Source of the DNA: Squalus acanthias | Taxonomy: Eukaryota | Assembly (NCBI GenBank): GCA_030390025.1 | Contig: CM059435.1 | Span: forward strand, 97,774,001-97,838,000 | Length of the DNA: 64,000 nucleotides | Direction of reading: 5' to 3' | In this document: one piece after another, positions 63,706 through 64,000 of the stretch | Layout of the letters: the number at the start of each line of letters is the position of its first letter | Position numbering within the stretch: position 1 is the stretch's first letter | Notes under the pieces: model-generated | Databases searched by the model: none | What the model was told of the DNA's origin: nothing | Seen by the model: the letters and a program-made list of their open reading frames with translations, nothing else | Position numbers and translations under genes: made by a program

Positions 63706-64000
63706 GTCATAGAAACAGGAGTAGGCCATTCAACCCCTAGAGTCAGTTCCACCATTCAATTACATCATGATTGATCTTTACCTCAACTCATTTGCCCGCC
63801 TTTGCTCCATACCTCTCGATACCCTTGCTCAACAAAACTCTGCCAATCTCAGACTTGAAAATTTCAGTATCCACAGCATTTTGGGGGAGCGAGTTCCAGA
63901 GTTCCGCTACCCTTTGTGTGAAGAAGTGCTTCCTGATTTCTCTCCTTAATAGCCTAGCTCTAATTTTAAAATTAAATGCTGGATTCCCCCACCAGATGAA
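63706..64000 (-). mobile_element. CR1 3' fragment running off the window end
   Basis: CATAGAAACAGGAGTAGGCCATTC...CCCTTTGTGTGAAGAAGTGCTTCCTG is the reverse complement of a CR1 tail. Confidence 0.8.

Noticed and set aside
1-64000. CRISPR, rRNA or prokaryote-type operon systems
   Set aside because: No such signatures; the window is vertebrate-type repeat DNA and most short ORFs are shadow frames of repeats.

Overview
Eukaryotic, repeat-dense window with no confidently identifiable host gene. The repeat content (HE1-type V-SINE, CR1, L2, Penelope-like fragments, Harbinger) points to a cartilaginous fish (inference). Contents: (1) A PIF/Harbinger system: one decayed, near-complete two-gene element (49755-53641), four non-autonomous ~1.75 kb derivatives with TIRs and 3-bp TSDs, and several MITEs, two of which form a ~0.9 kb inverted pair. 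(2) Five copies of an APE+RT LINE, two of which keep a tRNA(Thr-AGT)-like 5' head and have no room for ORF1; one is an internally deleted head+tail copy resembling a nascent SINE. (3) CR1 and L2 fragments, including a multi-level nest at 33.3-39.1 kb. (4) Penelope-like fragments with decayed hammerhead ribozyme cores. (5) SINEs. Most other ORFs in the track are antisense or shadow frames of these elements. Coordinates were read by eye: TIR/TSD ends are near exact, boundaries of decayed fragments are approximate. No database searches were run.
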